A stretch of 64,000 nt of DNA from the human T2T-CHM13v2.0 reference genome, Homo sapiens. The stretch lies in assembly GCF_009914755.1 (NCBI RefSeq), contig NC_060947.1, one strand, 5' to 3'. The position numbers and the translations under genes are program-made. Of the stretch, positions 13,820-31,650 are shown piece by piece. The notes below the pieces were generated by a model. It was not told the origin of the DNA and made no database searches. It saw only the letters and a list, made by a program, of their open reading frames with translations. The number at the start of each line of letters is the position of its first letter. Position 1 is the stretch's first letter.

Positions 13820-14218
13820 TGCTATAGTTGGAATGTGTCCTCTCCAAAATTCAAGTGTTGAAACTTAATGGCAAATGTGATGGTATTAAGAGGTATGGCC
13901 TTTAAGAGGTTGTTAGGTCATGAGGGACCCTCTTCTTGTTAATGAGATTAAGGCCATTATGAACGAGTCTTCCTGCAGAGTTCAGCTTTTTTCCTGTCTA
14001 CCTTACACCATGTAAGGACATAGCATTCCTTCCTCTTGAGGATGGAACAACAAAATGCTACTTTAGAAGTAGACAGCAGCCTTTTTCAGATAACTGAACC
14101 TGCTAGTTCCTTGATCTTACACCTTTCAGCCTCCAGAACTGAGAAAAATAAATTTATGTTCTTTATAAATTACCCAGTCTCTAGTAATTTTTTGTAGCAG
14201 CACAGATGAACTAAGACA
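13820..14218 (+). mobile_element. MSTC/MSTD-type MaLR solo LTR
   Basis: tgctatagttggaatgtgtcctctccaaaattca ... tttataaattacccagtct ... gaactaagaca. Confidence 0.8.
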
Positions 14219-14389
14219 ACTAGTGCCCCATAGGCTCATTTAATTTAGGGGTTAAAGTGAACTTCCTTATTGCACCAATGGGGAAATTGGAGCCTATGAT
14301 AAGTTATTTATTTATAATCCGGTAAATAGCTAGAGGAAGCACACCTAGGCCCCCTGATTCTCTGTCTAGGCTAATTTAAAATAATATCA

Positions 14390-15538
14390 AAATAAAGCTT
14401 TCACACAGCAAAGCAAACAATTAACAGAGTGAAAAGACAACCTGCAGAATGAGAAAAATATGTGCAAACTGTGCATTCAACAAGGAACCAATAGCCAGAA
14501 TATGCAAGGAACTTGAACAACCCAACACCAAAAAAAAAAAAGTCCCATTAAAAACTGGGCAAAGATCTGAGTAGACATTTCTAAAACGAAGACATGCAAA
14601 TAGTCGACAAGTACATGAACAAAAACCTTAACATTACAAATCATCAACAAAATGCAAATATTATCCTATCCTGGTTAGAATTGCTATTAATAAAAAGACA
14701 AAATATGACAGATTCTGTCCAGGATGTGAGGAAAAGTAAACTCATGCACTGTTGGTGGGAAAGTAAATTAGTACAGTCATTGTGGAAAACAGTATAAGGA
14801 TTTCTCAATAAATAAATAAACAGTGATACCATATGATCCAACAATTTCACTACTACGTATTTATCAAAAAAATGAAATCAGCATATCAAAGAGATATCTA
14901 CACTCCCATGTTTATTGCAGCAGAATTGCCAATAGCCAAGATATGGAATCAAATAAGTTCCCACCAACAGAATAATGGGTAAAGAAAATGTGGTACGTAT
15001 GTATACAATGGAATACTATTTGGCAATAAAAACAAATGCGATCATGTCATTTTCAGCAACATAAATGAAGCTAGAGGTCATTATGTTAAGTGAAATAAAC
15101 CAGACATAGAAAGACAATATCTCATATTGTCACTCATATGTGGGAGCTAAAAAAGTTGATAGCATAAAGAGTAGACTGATAGTTACCAGAGGCTGAGAAG
15201 CTGAATGAAGGTTAGAAGGGGGATGAAGAAGAATTGAGTAAGGGGTAGAAATATACAGTTAGCTTTGAGTAATGGGTAGAAATATACAGTTAGTTAGAAG
15301 AAATAACTTCTAGTGTTCAATAGCACAGTAGGGTGACTGTAGTTAACACTATATTGTATATTTTTAAATAGCTAGAAAAGAAGACCTGAAATGTTTCCAT
15401 TGCAAAGAAATAATAAATGTTCTAGGTGATGAATATCCTGAATAGCCTGATTTGATCCTTACACATTGTACGCATATATCAAAATATCGTATGTGCCCCA
15501 TAAATATGTACAATTATTATGTATCAATAAAAAATAAT
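14390..15538 (+). mobile_element. L1MA-type (L1MA6/7-like) 3' fragment
   Basis: ORF2 C-terminal remnants followed by an L1MA 3'UTR (tagcacagtagggtgact ... atgtatcaataaaaaa). Confidence 0.85.
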
Positions 15539-16439
15539 AGTAATGTTTATAAAATTTTACTTCTAGAAAGTTAAAATCAAACCTCTTAAAATACTATAAA
15601 TGCTTTTATTAGGTAAGCTAACACTTCTCCATTATGTATTTGTAACTCTTATCCTAGGATAATTACATTGGAATTTTGTCATTGAGCACCAGAAAATAGC
15701 TAAGGATATGCTCAAAACAGGTATAGAAAGAAAACAGATATAGAAATATGGCTAGACTCTCAGCATTAATTACTAACATGTTAACCGACATGCTATAGCA
15801 ATTTTTAGGTATCTTTGTGCCATTTGACTTATACAATGAGCATGGGATACTCTTTTTTTTAAAAAAAAAACAGTTTTATAAATTTTTTCAATGCAATAGT
15901 AGCTTACATTTGTTTAAAATCTTTTAACAGCTGATCTCAATGTACTTTTCTGATTTTAAAGGATAAAAAATGAGGAATTTCATGCAAAGCCAAAACAGAA
16001 GATTTGTTGCATTAAAATAGCAATCAGGGCATTTAAGATGTGTCACTCTGTTATAAGAGAGCACTAAATTCTTGTCTCAGTTGTGCGTATTTGGACAAAC
16101 AGGAAGTAATCTATCCAAGATTTATTTATTTATTGATATGTTAAATGGGGATAGAAATACCTGCCCTGTCAAACTCACAAGTTTGTTGTATGAATAACAT
16201 AATTAAATGTACAGGAAAGCTCCAGAGAAAATGAAAATCGCTCCACTAACTTAAGGTATGACTGTGTATGTTAACATACATAAACTAACATTCCCTGCAT
16301 ATGCATCATTATATGTGTATCAACAAATGTCCTACTTAAATAACTCATCGTTTTGTTCACTTCACAGAAGGCAGAAAAAGGCCAAGAAGTTAGGTTACTT
16401 GTGTTAAATTCTATAGCAAACAAAGAACTCATTTGATAA

Positions 16440-16680
16440 CTTACTATTTTTCTAGGTACCTTCTATGTACCAGGCACTACACTAGGTAATTTACAGATAT
16501 GTTACTTCTTGGTCGTTGGTCTAACCTTGAAAAGTAGGTGTTATTTCCTCCATTATACAAGTGAAGAGAGTGAAGACCAAGGAAGTTAAGTAAATTGCTC
16601 AAAGTCACACAGTTGGTAAGCAAGCAGCAGAGCCAGGATTCATGTCCAAGTTTGTCAGACTCCAAAGCTCTTTTCTCTAT
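16440..16680. mobile_element. MIR
   Basis: ctatgtaccaggcac...ccattatacaagtgaagagagtgaagacc...gcagagccaggattcatgtccaag...gactccaaagc. Confidence 0.8.
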
Positions 16681-16811
16681 TTTGTGCTGTCTTTTAGAGA
16701 TTATATTCACCTGCCTGGGTAACGTTTAATTTCTTTTGGCATGAGTACATGTTTTCCAGACGTATAAGTTGTGTAGAATAGCAAGGTTTTTTTTTCTTTC
16801 TTTTTGCTCAC

Positions 16812-16906
16812 TTGATTTCTCTAACAAAACAAATGGCTCTCTTCTGATGTCTGTTCTGTTGACCTTGTGTCTCTGTGCTAAAAATCTTTTTTCCAACTTG
16901 CTCTTT
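16812..16906 (-). pseudogene. candidate exon of minus-strand gene or pseudogene
   Basis: Good acceptor catttcattcttacag and donor AA|gtgagc; open frame KEQVGKKIFSTETQGQQNRHQKRAICFVREI. Confidence 0.4.
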
Positions 16907-17599
16907 CTGTAAGAATGAAATGTTTCTGATTGAATATATCATACCCCAGAAATTTGGGGCCTTTTTGAGTTTAAAGTGTTTACAAAAATAGCCTTTTCCC
17001 CTGGATTTGATTATCTCATTGACAGCAGCCAATATCCTCATGCATAGAAATGTATTTACTTATAGGAACATAAGTAATTCATTTATAAAATTGAATTATC
17101 TCACTAGGAAGATTGCTTGCTTTGATTGTGTAGCTGTCCTTATGAAACTGACTTACAATTGATAAAAGCCAGATGGAAAGGGAAAACAGTCCATTTCATT
17201 ACTCTTTAAATGTTTAAGTTTATTAACCCTTGCACTTCAAATTTTTTAAAGTTAGTGGTAGTGGGGAAGCAATTTGTCGTTGAGTTTTAATATGCAAAAT
17301 AGACAGTAAGTGCTTGTGACATTCTATACCAGGGAAAAGAGTTTGGGCTTTACAGGAGCTTCATGGAAAATATTTACAGCTCATCTTTAACTCCTGCGTA
17401 TTGTTACTTTTTTTCTCATTCATATTTTTTCATCAAAATGGTTTTTAACGTGTATAATGTATGTGATAGTGTCTCTCATATGAGCAAGTGCTGATTCTTA
17501 GTATCTCCAAAGTAACTTCCTATATTAACACATATTCCGTGTGTTATTGGTTTGAGTGCAACACATAAACATACTTCTTAATAAGACATTTGCCATGTT

Positions 17600-17835
17600 C
17601 TTAAATAATAATTTAAATGCCAGGTAATATCCTAAACACTTTTATTAATTATAACTTAATCTTCACAGCAACATTCTGATGTACGTACTGTTTATTTTCA
17701 ATACTCTCATTCTTCAGCTGAAGGAAGCTGAAGACTGGAGAGTTTACACAACTTTTTCATGGTCACAAAACTGGGAAGCAGTGGAACCAGGATTTGAATC
17801 CAGAAAAATTATGCTTCAGAGTCTTTACTCTGAAC
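17600..17835. mobile_element. MIR
   Basis: taatcttcacagcaac...ctgaaggaagctgaagact...gtggaaccaggatttgaatccag. Confidence 0.7.
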
Positions 17836-17921
17836 AATTACCATATATTGGCTCTTTGTTTCTTAAGAAACTAGTCAAGTGTGATGTTATGGTAAGCACC
17901 ATACAAAAAGCAAGAAATTCC

Positions 17922-18066
17922 TTTTTATTTATTTATTTTTTTTTCTTTTTTTTTTATTATACTGTAAGTTTTAGGGTACATGTGCACATTGTGCAGGTTA
18001 GTTACATATGTATACATGTGCCATGCTGGTGCGCTGCACCCACTAACTCGTCATCTAGCATTAGGT
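17922..18066 (-). mobile_element. very short L1PA2 3' end
   Basis: Poly-T followed by the reverse of the L1 3'UTR, ending at cactaactcgtcatctagcattaggta. Confidence 0.9.
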
Positions 18067-18069
18067 AAT

Positions 18070-18895
18070 AATGGTACCACAATTCCCACACTATTGCTAG
18101 AACAAAACAATAGTCACCTTATACATCCTTTTCCCTAACTTACTACATAAAATCACTCGTGAATATCCACAAATTCTACCTCTGCAAAGGCTGATTCCAT
18201 GATCTCCGCTACCATACCAGTCCAACCCTAATGTCTTATCACCCCTAGACTATTACTGCTTCTCTCTGTCCAGTTATCCCCTGGTCCAAACTATGCTACA
18301 TATCACTGCTTGAGATATCTTAAGGTACACTTATAACTATGTCACTGCTTATAAACTTTCTGAAATCTTTAGTAATTAACTTCAAACTACTCAATGTGAA
18401 ATTCAAGGTGCTCAATAATCTGGACACAGTGAGCCTTTCTATGCTTATTTCTTAGCTTGTATTCACATATTCTATGTTCCAACCTAAAATAACTATTCCA
18501 AATTCTCTAAGCACACCTTTTGATTTCATTTCTGTCTTTATTCCTTTATTCAATAGTGTTTACCTATAATTACCTTCCTTGTCACTTCTGCCTATTGATT
18601 TTTTACTCAGTCTTTAAAAGCATATTGCAAATTTTACTTCATCTGTGGTTTGGTTTATACTTCCTACATTCAAAATTTTTTATTTATTTATTCAGTTCAA
18701 TACTCATCAGAACCTTCCTTTCACTCTCTTCATATTATGCCTACTGGTATAGTTATTTGTGCTCTGCCTTACACTTCCTTTCTAGAAGGTAGTCTTCTTA
18801 AGGTCAAGAGATATGCTTTTTTAATCTTTGTATTATACAGAGAGTTAGACAAATTCCTTAGACTTTGTAAATACTTAATATTTATTGAAAATGGC
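18070..18895 (+). mobile_element. degenerate L2 fragment
   Basis: aaattctacctctgcaaa...ccctagactattact...tcttaaggtcaagagatatgc...tacttaatatttattgaa. Confidence 0.55.
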
Positions 18896-19732
18896 CTTTA
18901 ACATCTCCTAGGTGTTTAAAGTCTCTACATCAATTGAATTATGATTTTATATTCTAAATCAGTAAAAAATAGAGTAATCTAAGCTTGAAATATAAGTATT
19001 TCTGAGAACAAATCATTAAGGTTTAAAGGAGCAAATGATACCCCAGCATAATGTAAGTCAAATAAAAAATAATCTTTTTGTTATTACAGGACTTCTGGGA
19101 AATACTGCCTATCTTCCTGCCTGCCGAAATGGTATGAGTTCAAGTTTAAATCCCAGAGTAATTATATTGCTCCACGAACAAAGAATTGGCCCTGTCTTTC
19201 ATCAAAAATGTAAAAGTATAGCTTAAGTATACTTGAGTTCACCAAAGCTTATGCCTGATGTGAGATAGGAAGGTAAATTTTCTCCACATCCAAGAAAGCA
19301 TATACCCTCCAAGTCCAAAGGGCAATAGAAACTGATACAAACTTGAATACTAGCTGAAGAGTTGAGGAAATTAGCTGGAAAGGCAGTGATATTATAATCT
19401 ATAGACCTATGATATAGACTTAGATTATTACAAACAGGTTGTTTGAGCCTGAGTCTCCTTTGTTTCCATAGGGTGACAGGGACTTGATTAAAAAGAGCTT
19501 TTTTTTTTCCTATGAGTCAAATTGTATATATTGTGTACATGAGTCAAATTTCCATGTATTGATGCCCAGAAAAGAGGGGACACATAGATGCAAATTGTTT
19601 CTGGGAGGGGTTTCCAAAACATTTATAATACAAGTAGCTAATGCTTATTATATGACAGGCATTTTTGTAACTGCTTTACATATCTCATTTAGTAGTCACT
19701 AAAACCCTATGAGGTCATTACCATTAAAATCA

Positions 19733-20143
<411 letters not shown>

Positions 20144-20360
20144 TTAAGCTTACACGATACTATAGCCTATTGTGTGCAAGAACATTATGTCTAAAAAAAG
20201 TACATATTTTAATTTTAAAATGCTTTATTTCTAAAAAATACCAACGATCATCAGATCCTTCAGCAAATCATAATCTATTTGCTGGTAGAAGTTCTTGCCT
20301 AAATGTTGATTGCTGCTGATCAGGGTGGTGTGCCTGTGGCAACTTTATAAAATAAGATAA

Positions 20361-22090
20361 CAATTGCCACAAAAAAGAATAGAATACCTAGGAATACAGC
20401 TGACTAGACAGGTGAAAGGTCTCTACAAAGAGAACTACAAAACACTGCTCAAAGAAATCAGAGATGAGACCAAAAAAAAATGGAAAAACATTCCATGCTC
20501 ATAGATCAGAAAAAACAATATCGATAAAATGTCCATACTACCTAAATTCAATGCTATTCTTATTAAGCAATCATTGAGATTCTTCACAAAACTAGAAGAA
20601 ACAATGTTAAAATTCATATGGAACCAAAAAGAGCTTGAATAGTTAATGCAATTCTAAGCAAAAAGAACAAAGCTGGAGACATTACACTACCAGACTTCAA
20701 ACTATACTGCAGGTCTGCACTAACCAAAACAGCATATTACTGGTACAAAAACAGACAAATAGACTAATGGGAAAAAAATTGAGAACCCAGAAATCAGACT
20801 GCACACATACAACCATCTGACCATTGACAAGCTTGACAAAAACAAGCAATGGGGAAAAGATTCTCTATTCAATGAATGGTGTTGGGATAACTGGCTACCC
20901 TTATGCAGAAGATTGAAACTGGACTCCTTCCTTAAACCATATACAAAACAACCCTCAAGATTAATTAAAGACTTAAATGTAAAACCTAAAACTATAAAAA
21001 CCCTGTAAGACAATTTAGGCAATACCATCCTGGACATAGAACTGGGCAAAGATTTCATGACCAAGATGCCAAAAGCAATAGCAACAACAGCAAAAATTGA
21101 CAAATGGGATCTAATTAAACTAAAGAGTTTCTGCACAGCAAAAGAAACTATCAACAGAGTAAACAACCTACAGAATGGGAGAAAAAATCACAATCTATGC
21201 ATCTGACAAAGGTGTAATATCCAGCATCTACAAGGAACTTAAACAAATTTACAAGAAAAAAAACTCCATTAGAAAGTGGGCAAAAGACATGAACAGAAAC
21301 ACTTCAAAATAAGACATACATGCATCCAACAATCATATGAAAAGAAGCTCTTCATTAGAGAAATGCAAATCCAAACCACAATGAGATACCATCTCACACC
21401 AGTCAGAATGGCTATTATTAAAAACTGAGAAAACAACAGATGCTGGTGAAGTTGTAGAGAAAAAGGAATGCTTACACACTGCTGGTCAGAGTGTAAATTA
21501 GTTCAATCATTGTAGATGACAGTGTGGTAATTCTTCAAAGACTTAAAAAAATACCATTTGACCCAGCAATCCCATTACTGAGTATATACTCAAAAAATAT
21601 AAATCATTCTACTATAAAGACACATGCATGCTTATTCTCATTGCAGTACTATCCACAATAGCAAAGACACAGAATCAACCTAAATGTCCATCAATGATAT
21701 ATGGATACAGAAAACGTAGTACATATACACCATGGAATAATATGCTGCTAAAAAGACAATGAGATCATGTCCTTTGCAGAGACATGGATGGAGCTGGAGG
21801 CCATTATCCTTAGCAAACTAAGGCATAAACAGAAAGCCAAATACCACATGCTCTCACTTATAAGTGGGAGCTAAATAATGAGAAAACATGGACACATAGA
21901 GGGAAACACACACTGGGGCCTATTGAAGGGTAGGAGGAGGGAGAGGATCAGGAAAAATAACTAATGGGTACTAGACTTAATACCTGGGTAATGAAATAAT
22001 TTGCACAACAAATCCCCATGACACATTTATCTAAGTAACAAAACTGCTCATATACCTCTGAACCTAAAAGTGAAAAATAAAATAAAATAA
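20361..22090 (+). mobile_element. 5'-truncated L1PA13-15-like element within Tigger1
   Basis: ORF2 3' half and the 3'UTR gagaggatcaggaaaaataactaatgggtact; Tigger1 resumes at 22091. Confidence 0.88.
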
Positions 22091-24229
22091 AGTTTTCTGC
22101 ATCTATTGATTTCTTTCCATGAATTTTTTTGTAGCAAGTGATGCTGCTTGATAGCACTTTACATACAGTAGAATTTCTTTCATGGTTGGAGCCAATCCTC
22201 TCAAATCCTACTACTGCTTTATTAACTAAGGTTATGTAATATTCTAAACCCTTTGTTGCCATTTCAGCAATGTTCACAGCATCTTCACCAGGAGTAGATT
22301 CCATCCTAAGAAACCACTTTATTTGCTCATCCATAAGAAGCAACTTCTCATCCACTCAGTTTTCTCATGAGATGGCAGTAATTCAGGCACATCTTTGGGT
22401 TCCACTTCTAATTTTAGTTCTCTTGTTATTTCCACTACATCTGCCAGTACTTCCTTCACTGACATGTTGAAACCCACAAAGTCATCAACGTGGGTTGAAA
22501 TAAACTTCTTCCAAACTCCCGTTAACATTGACATTTTGACCTCCTCTCATGAATGATAAATCATCTTCATTGCATTTAAAATGGTGAATCCTTTCCAGGA
22601 GGTTTTCCATTTATTTGCTCAGGTACATCAGAAGAAGGACTATGTATGGTAGTTAAATGTATTTCTCAAATAATGAGTCTTGAAAGTCAAAACTGATCCA
22701 TGTTACGGGCTTCAGATTGGATGTTGTATTAGTAGACATATAAACAATATTAATTTCCTTTCATATATCCATCAGAGCTCTTTGGTGACCAGGTGCATTC
22801 TCAATGAGCAGTAGTATTTTGAAGAAATTTTTTTTTTGAGAATCAAGTCTCAACAGTAGGCTTTAAAAATGTAGTAAAACATGCTACAAATGGATGTGTT
22901 GTCATCCAGGATTTGTTATTCCAATTATAGAGTACAGATAGAATACAGGCTCTAGGATTTTCAGAATGGTGACTGGGCATTGGCTTCTGTATAAAGTAAT
23001 CAGCTGCATTTATTTTTAACAATAGAGTCAACCTGTCCTTTGAAGCTTTGAAGTCAGGCATTGATTTACCCTCTTTAGCTATGAAAATTTTACATGGCAT
23101 CTTTCTCCAGTATAAGGTTGTTTTATCTACATTGAAAATCTGTTCCTTAGTATAACCATTTTTGTCAATTATTTTAGCTAGAACTTAGGAATAACTTCCT
23201 GTAGCTTGTATATAAGTGCTTGCTGATTTACTTTGCACTTTTAGGTTATGGAGATGGTTTCTTTCCTTAAACCTCACGAACCAACCTCTGCTAACTTCAA
23301 GGTTTTCTTCTGTAGCTTCCTCACCTCTCTCAGCTTTCGTAAATGGGCAAAGATAAAGGCATAAAGGCAGAGCCTTGCCCTGGATTTGACTTTGGCTTAA
23401 AGGAATGTTGTTTCTGGTTTGATCTTCTATGTAGACCACTAAAACTTCTTACATATCAAGAATAAGTCTGTTTCACTGTGCTATCATTGGTGTGCTCACT
23501 GGAGTAACACTTTTAATTTTCTTCAAGAACATTTTCTTTCCATTTATAACTCGGCTTTTTGGTGCAAGAGGCCTAGCTTCTAGCCTGTCTTGTCTTTTGA
23601 CATGCTCTCCTCATTTAGCTTAATTATTTCTAGCTTTTGATTTAAAGTGAGAGACATGCAAGTCTTTCTTCACTTGAGCACTTAGAGGCCATTGTGCAGA
23701 TATTAAATGGCACAATTTTAATATTGCCGTGTCTCAGAGAATAGAGAGGTCTGAGGAGAGGGAGAGAACGAAAGAAACAGCTGGTTGCTGAAGCAGTTAA
23801 AAATACATAACATTAACTGATTAAGTTTGCCACCTTATATAGGTGTGTTTTTTGGTGCCTCAAAACAATTACAATAGTAACATCAGAGATCACTGATCAC
23901 AGATCACCATAACAGATATAATAATAATGAAAAATTTGAAATATTGTGAGAATTACCAAAATGTGACACAGGTATAGGAAGTGAGCATATGCTCCTGGAA
24001 AAATGGTACTGATATGCTTGATTGAGACAGAGTCATCACACACCTTCAATTTGTTAAAAAAAATGCAACATCTGTGAACTGCAGTAAAGCAAAGCATAAT
24101 GAAACAAGGTGTGCTTATATTAAGTTTGGTAAAACTAAAAGTTAAACCCATGGAGTTTGACTCCCGTCTGTAATGGTAACAACCACCTTATATTGTTCCT
24201 CCTGCTATGCTTCAACTTTTTATGTACAG

Positions 24230-24730
24230 TCTACACACTCAGACTTTCTCAGTTGCTAAATAAAGTACCTTCTCAACTCAGGGACTTTAGACATGCTGTT
24301 TGCTCTTTCTGAAATGTTTTCTCCTGTCATTCTGACCATCTACTTACTAGCTGTACTTACTATTCTTGCCTCACCGTAAATGTCACTTTTATGAAAAGGC
24401 TTTTTTTTAACCTCTCAATCTTAATTACGTGTCCTTTATATCGTCAAAGAACCCTGTACTTGATTCCTTACAAGTATTTCTCACAATTATCATATAAAGT
24501 ACTATATGATTCCTTGGAAGAAGTCAAATACAGAGTTCTTTGACTCTCTCTCTCTCTCTCTCTCTCCCTGGAGATATATATTATATAGATAGATACATAG
24601 ATATTGTTTTTTCTAGAATGTAAGCTCCACAAGCGCAGAAACTTTGACTTCTTCACCGCTGCATCCACAGTGCATAAAATGTTACCAGGCACATCATAGG
24701 TAGTAACAATATTTGTTGAATAAATTAATC
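24230..24730 (+). mobile_element. L2 3' end fragment containing a (TC)n repeat
   Basis: ctcagggactttagacatgctgtttgctct...tagaatgtaagctccaca...ccaggcacatcataggt...aatatttgttgaataaat. Confidence 0.75.
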
Positions 24731-25221
24731 AACCCATAAACGCATGCTTGTAGACACTACATGTGTGTTTAGAGAAAATAATTGATATTTTTCTGTTGAG
24801 AAAAATATTCTTTGTGATAACAATTATTTGGCTACACAGGCAGACCTGACATATGTAGAGAGAAATAATGTAAAGGATAAGGGGGATTGGCTAAACATCA
24901 TTACTAAAATTATCTTTCACATCTTCTGAAATGGGGCCAGGAATTTTTCCAGGGAAAATTTATTTCATTTTTGTCTTGAAGGCTTTACACCCTCCATAGA
25001 CTCAGTGCCTACTATTGAAAACAAGATCTTTTGAGGAATAGGGTACAAGAATAGTACAGAATAGGAGGCTAAGGAAGGAGATTAGAAGAAACTAAATATA
25101 AAAATTGCCATCCCCCAAATAAAAAGCCATCCATGAAAAGCCACTATCTTTTTCTGCCCTTGTTAGAGTAGCCTATACTTATCACCACAGAACAATCACT
25201 GAAGAAGTAACTATTAGTCAG

Positions 25222-27736
<2,515 letters not shown>

Positions 27737-28082
27737 GTCAGTGTGATTGTCTCCACAAAGATTTTGTAACTGAAGAAGTAGTTTCAAATAGTACTATTAG
27801 CTTAAATTTCATTGTAAACTTGATCTAGAGTGAATTTTTATAATAACTTAGAATAAATTTAAGGTATAAATGCTATCATTTATTTTAATATAAATAGTTA
27901 TTTATAAATGTAATTAACTTGTTATATTTTCAGCAAGATTAAATTTTTAGATGTCAGTATATACTTACAAGTGGAAGAGTACAAGAGCTATTCTCTAAAT
28001 AAATTCTTATAAGCATAAGTTACTAAAAACTATGACTAAAATAGATAATTAAATTTCTGAAAGTAGTCAGATATTTAATAAC

Positions 28083-28199
28083 ATTTGAGACTACAGATGC
28101 TGAATCCTGGCACATTTTTACAAATGACCTAAGACAGAGCTTCCTAAAGTAATCTTTTGTTTCATTTCCACATGGAACCTGATACCAGATGTCAAAAAA
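28083..28199 (-). pseudogene. candidate 117-bp phase-0 exon resembling the DUF4062 segment of NWD1/NWD2-type proteins
   Basis: ag|FFDIWYQVPCGNETKDYFRKLCLRSFVKMCQDSASVVSN|gt, stop-free. It has the same 39-aa length and D/LCL spacing as the recalled NWD1 segment VVDLRW...ELCL...GPAFV. Confidence 0.4.
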
Positions 28200-29221
28200 C
28201 TTAATTAAATAGCTAGATTATGTTTATAGACTGCTTTACAAGTCACAAAGTGCTTTCATGTATGTTGACTAATTTAATTTAAAATGCCATAAATTGCTGA
28301 AACAGCAAAATGCACAGTCTAAATTTTCACTCACTGATCTCCTTTATGCCCAACATTTAAAGAATGGTTTCCAACTCCAGTGTTCTAAAAAAAGTTTGGA
28401 TATGATATTTCTATAATTATACACATATTATATTAATATCACTAAAGAAATTTAGCAGTATAACACAGATATACAGAGAATAGATACTTTTTTTAACTCT
28501 GATTGTTGAGGTAAGTGTAAATTCCAATAAAATGAGCCAAGTTAAAGGAGAAAATGAAACACAAATCAAATCATGTGGCCTTACTGAAGCTTGTAGGAAA
28601 AGAGAGCAGACTCTACAAGCAACAAACATAGTCAGGAAATTAAAAATTATTTTGTATGCAGGATTCCAACAATTACTAGATATATGCTAAGATTTTCAGT
28701 TATATTTGTAAAATGGATCATGATGATTTTTTAAATTCAGGAATATAAATGTAATATAAAATATTTTAACATGCATTTATGTATTCCACTTTCTTATCAG
28801 ACTGCCTAAACTATCATAGCATAGTGGCAAAACCTGAAAATATACTAAGATGATCTCTAAGAGGTTAAACACAGTGGGGGCACAATGATCTCTAAGGGTA
28901 TAAATAAAGAATGGACACAAAACTCTTGCATTTTATTTCACATACAAAACAAGTATGAAATAGCACTCTAGTCAGAGGATTTGTGCTTAGATTTATGAAC
29001 AAAATAAAGTGATTTAGTAAGTTGATCTACGTTCCTCTAATAAAAATTTGTGCAAGTTTAATAATATCAAGTAGCAGTTTAGAGACAAAGAAGAGCTATC
29101 TGATGTGAGTATTGAGAAGTGACAGGAAGGAAGAAATTAGATCAAGGAGGATAGTTAATTATATCATTCTAGAGATATTTAATGAAAATTTAAATTAGCC
29201 CTACACATTTGGCCCCTAAAG

Positions 29222-29224
<3 letters not shown>

Positions 29225-29268
<44 letters not shown>
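29225..29268. repeat. (TA)n microsatellite
   Basis: Directly visible in the sequence. Confidence 0.95.
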
Positions 29269-29272
<4 letters not shown>

Positions 29273-29571
29273 CTTCTAGAAAGTGTATGATGCAAGAGAT
29301 TATGTATTCATCAGTTCTTCTCTCTACTTTAGTGAGATAAACTACCAGTTCATCAGGGTATAAGTAATGCAAGAAATCTCTTTAAGAGGATAGCTGCAGA
29401 AACAAGAGGCTAGTTAATCTAAGGCGAGAGAAGTGACCCCATATAGAAGAGCCATGAATAGAAAGGGAGAAAAGAGGTCTAGATCTGTATGGTGGTGGAC
29501 ATTGCAAGCAGTTCTTACCTAGTGCTCTGTGTTCTGATTTGAGTCTTGTACTAGCATGTCATGTCATTCAG

Positions 29572-30116
29572 AGTAAGAAATAAAAATAAAATTCTAAGCT
29601 CCCAACTGACGGAATGGGCCCTTTCTTGACCAAAAGAATGCCAGATAAACCTTGGAAGCTGAGTATACAACCATAACAGGATGGGAGATCAGACATGCCT
29701 TGTTATACCCCTCTCCTTTGCTACCACTCATTAGACTTTCTTCCTTTAGGGCTAAACAGAAACCAGCCATTTCAAATGACTATTAGTTTATCTTCCCAGG
29801 TACAGAACAAAAATAAGATGAGATTAAATATTCCTTTACCTATCCCTAATACTTCGGCTTCCTCTATTCCCTTTTCCATCAGATTTTTACCTTATCTTAT
29901 GTAAAATGTAAATTTACTGGGCACTAACTGAAGTCTCACAAGTATGTAATTATTTCTCTCACTGCCACCCTGCCTTTTATTTAAAAATGCATAAATACTA
30001 AAGTTCATGAGAACCTCTTTGGAAAACACAGCTATTTTTTCAGGTGTGCCCTCAAGCTGGCTCAATAAGACTCAATAATTTGCAGCTTATTCCTTGATCA
30101 CTCATTTTGGTTGTTA
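29572..30116 (+). mobile_element. MER87-like (MER4-group ERV1) 5' LTR
   Basis: gtaagaaataaaaataaaattctaagctcccaactgac ... ggctcaataa ... cactcattttggttg, followed by the PBS-like ttttggtaaccacaaaggga. Confidence 0.7.
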
Positions 30117-30277
30117 TTTTGGTAACCACAAAGGGATCTCAGTGAAGATATTAGCCCCTGTGACCTGCAGTGATTCTCCTGTTGGTGCCAGCAAGAGATT
30201 TTCTCTGAGAAACTGTGGAAATTTTTAAGGCTCAAAAGCTACTCTCTGCTGAGGTTCTCTGGTTTCCCAAAATTTTC

Positions 30278-31650
<1,373 letters not shown>

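Noticed and set aside
28960-29372. EER/DQLTKSLY and TKVERR as candidates for the DUF4062 'ER..L' motif
   Set aside because: Both need ad hoc frameshifts and they compete for the same motif, so neither was counted as evidence.
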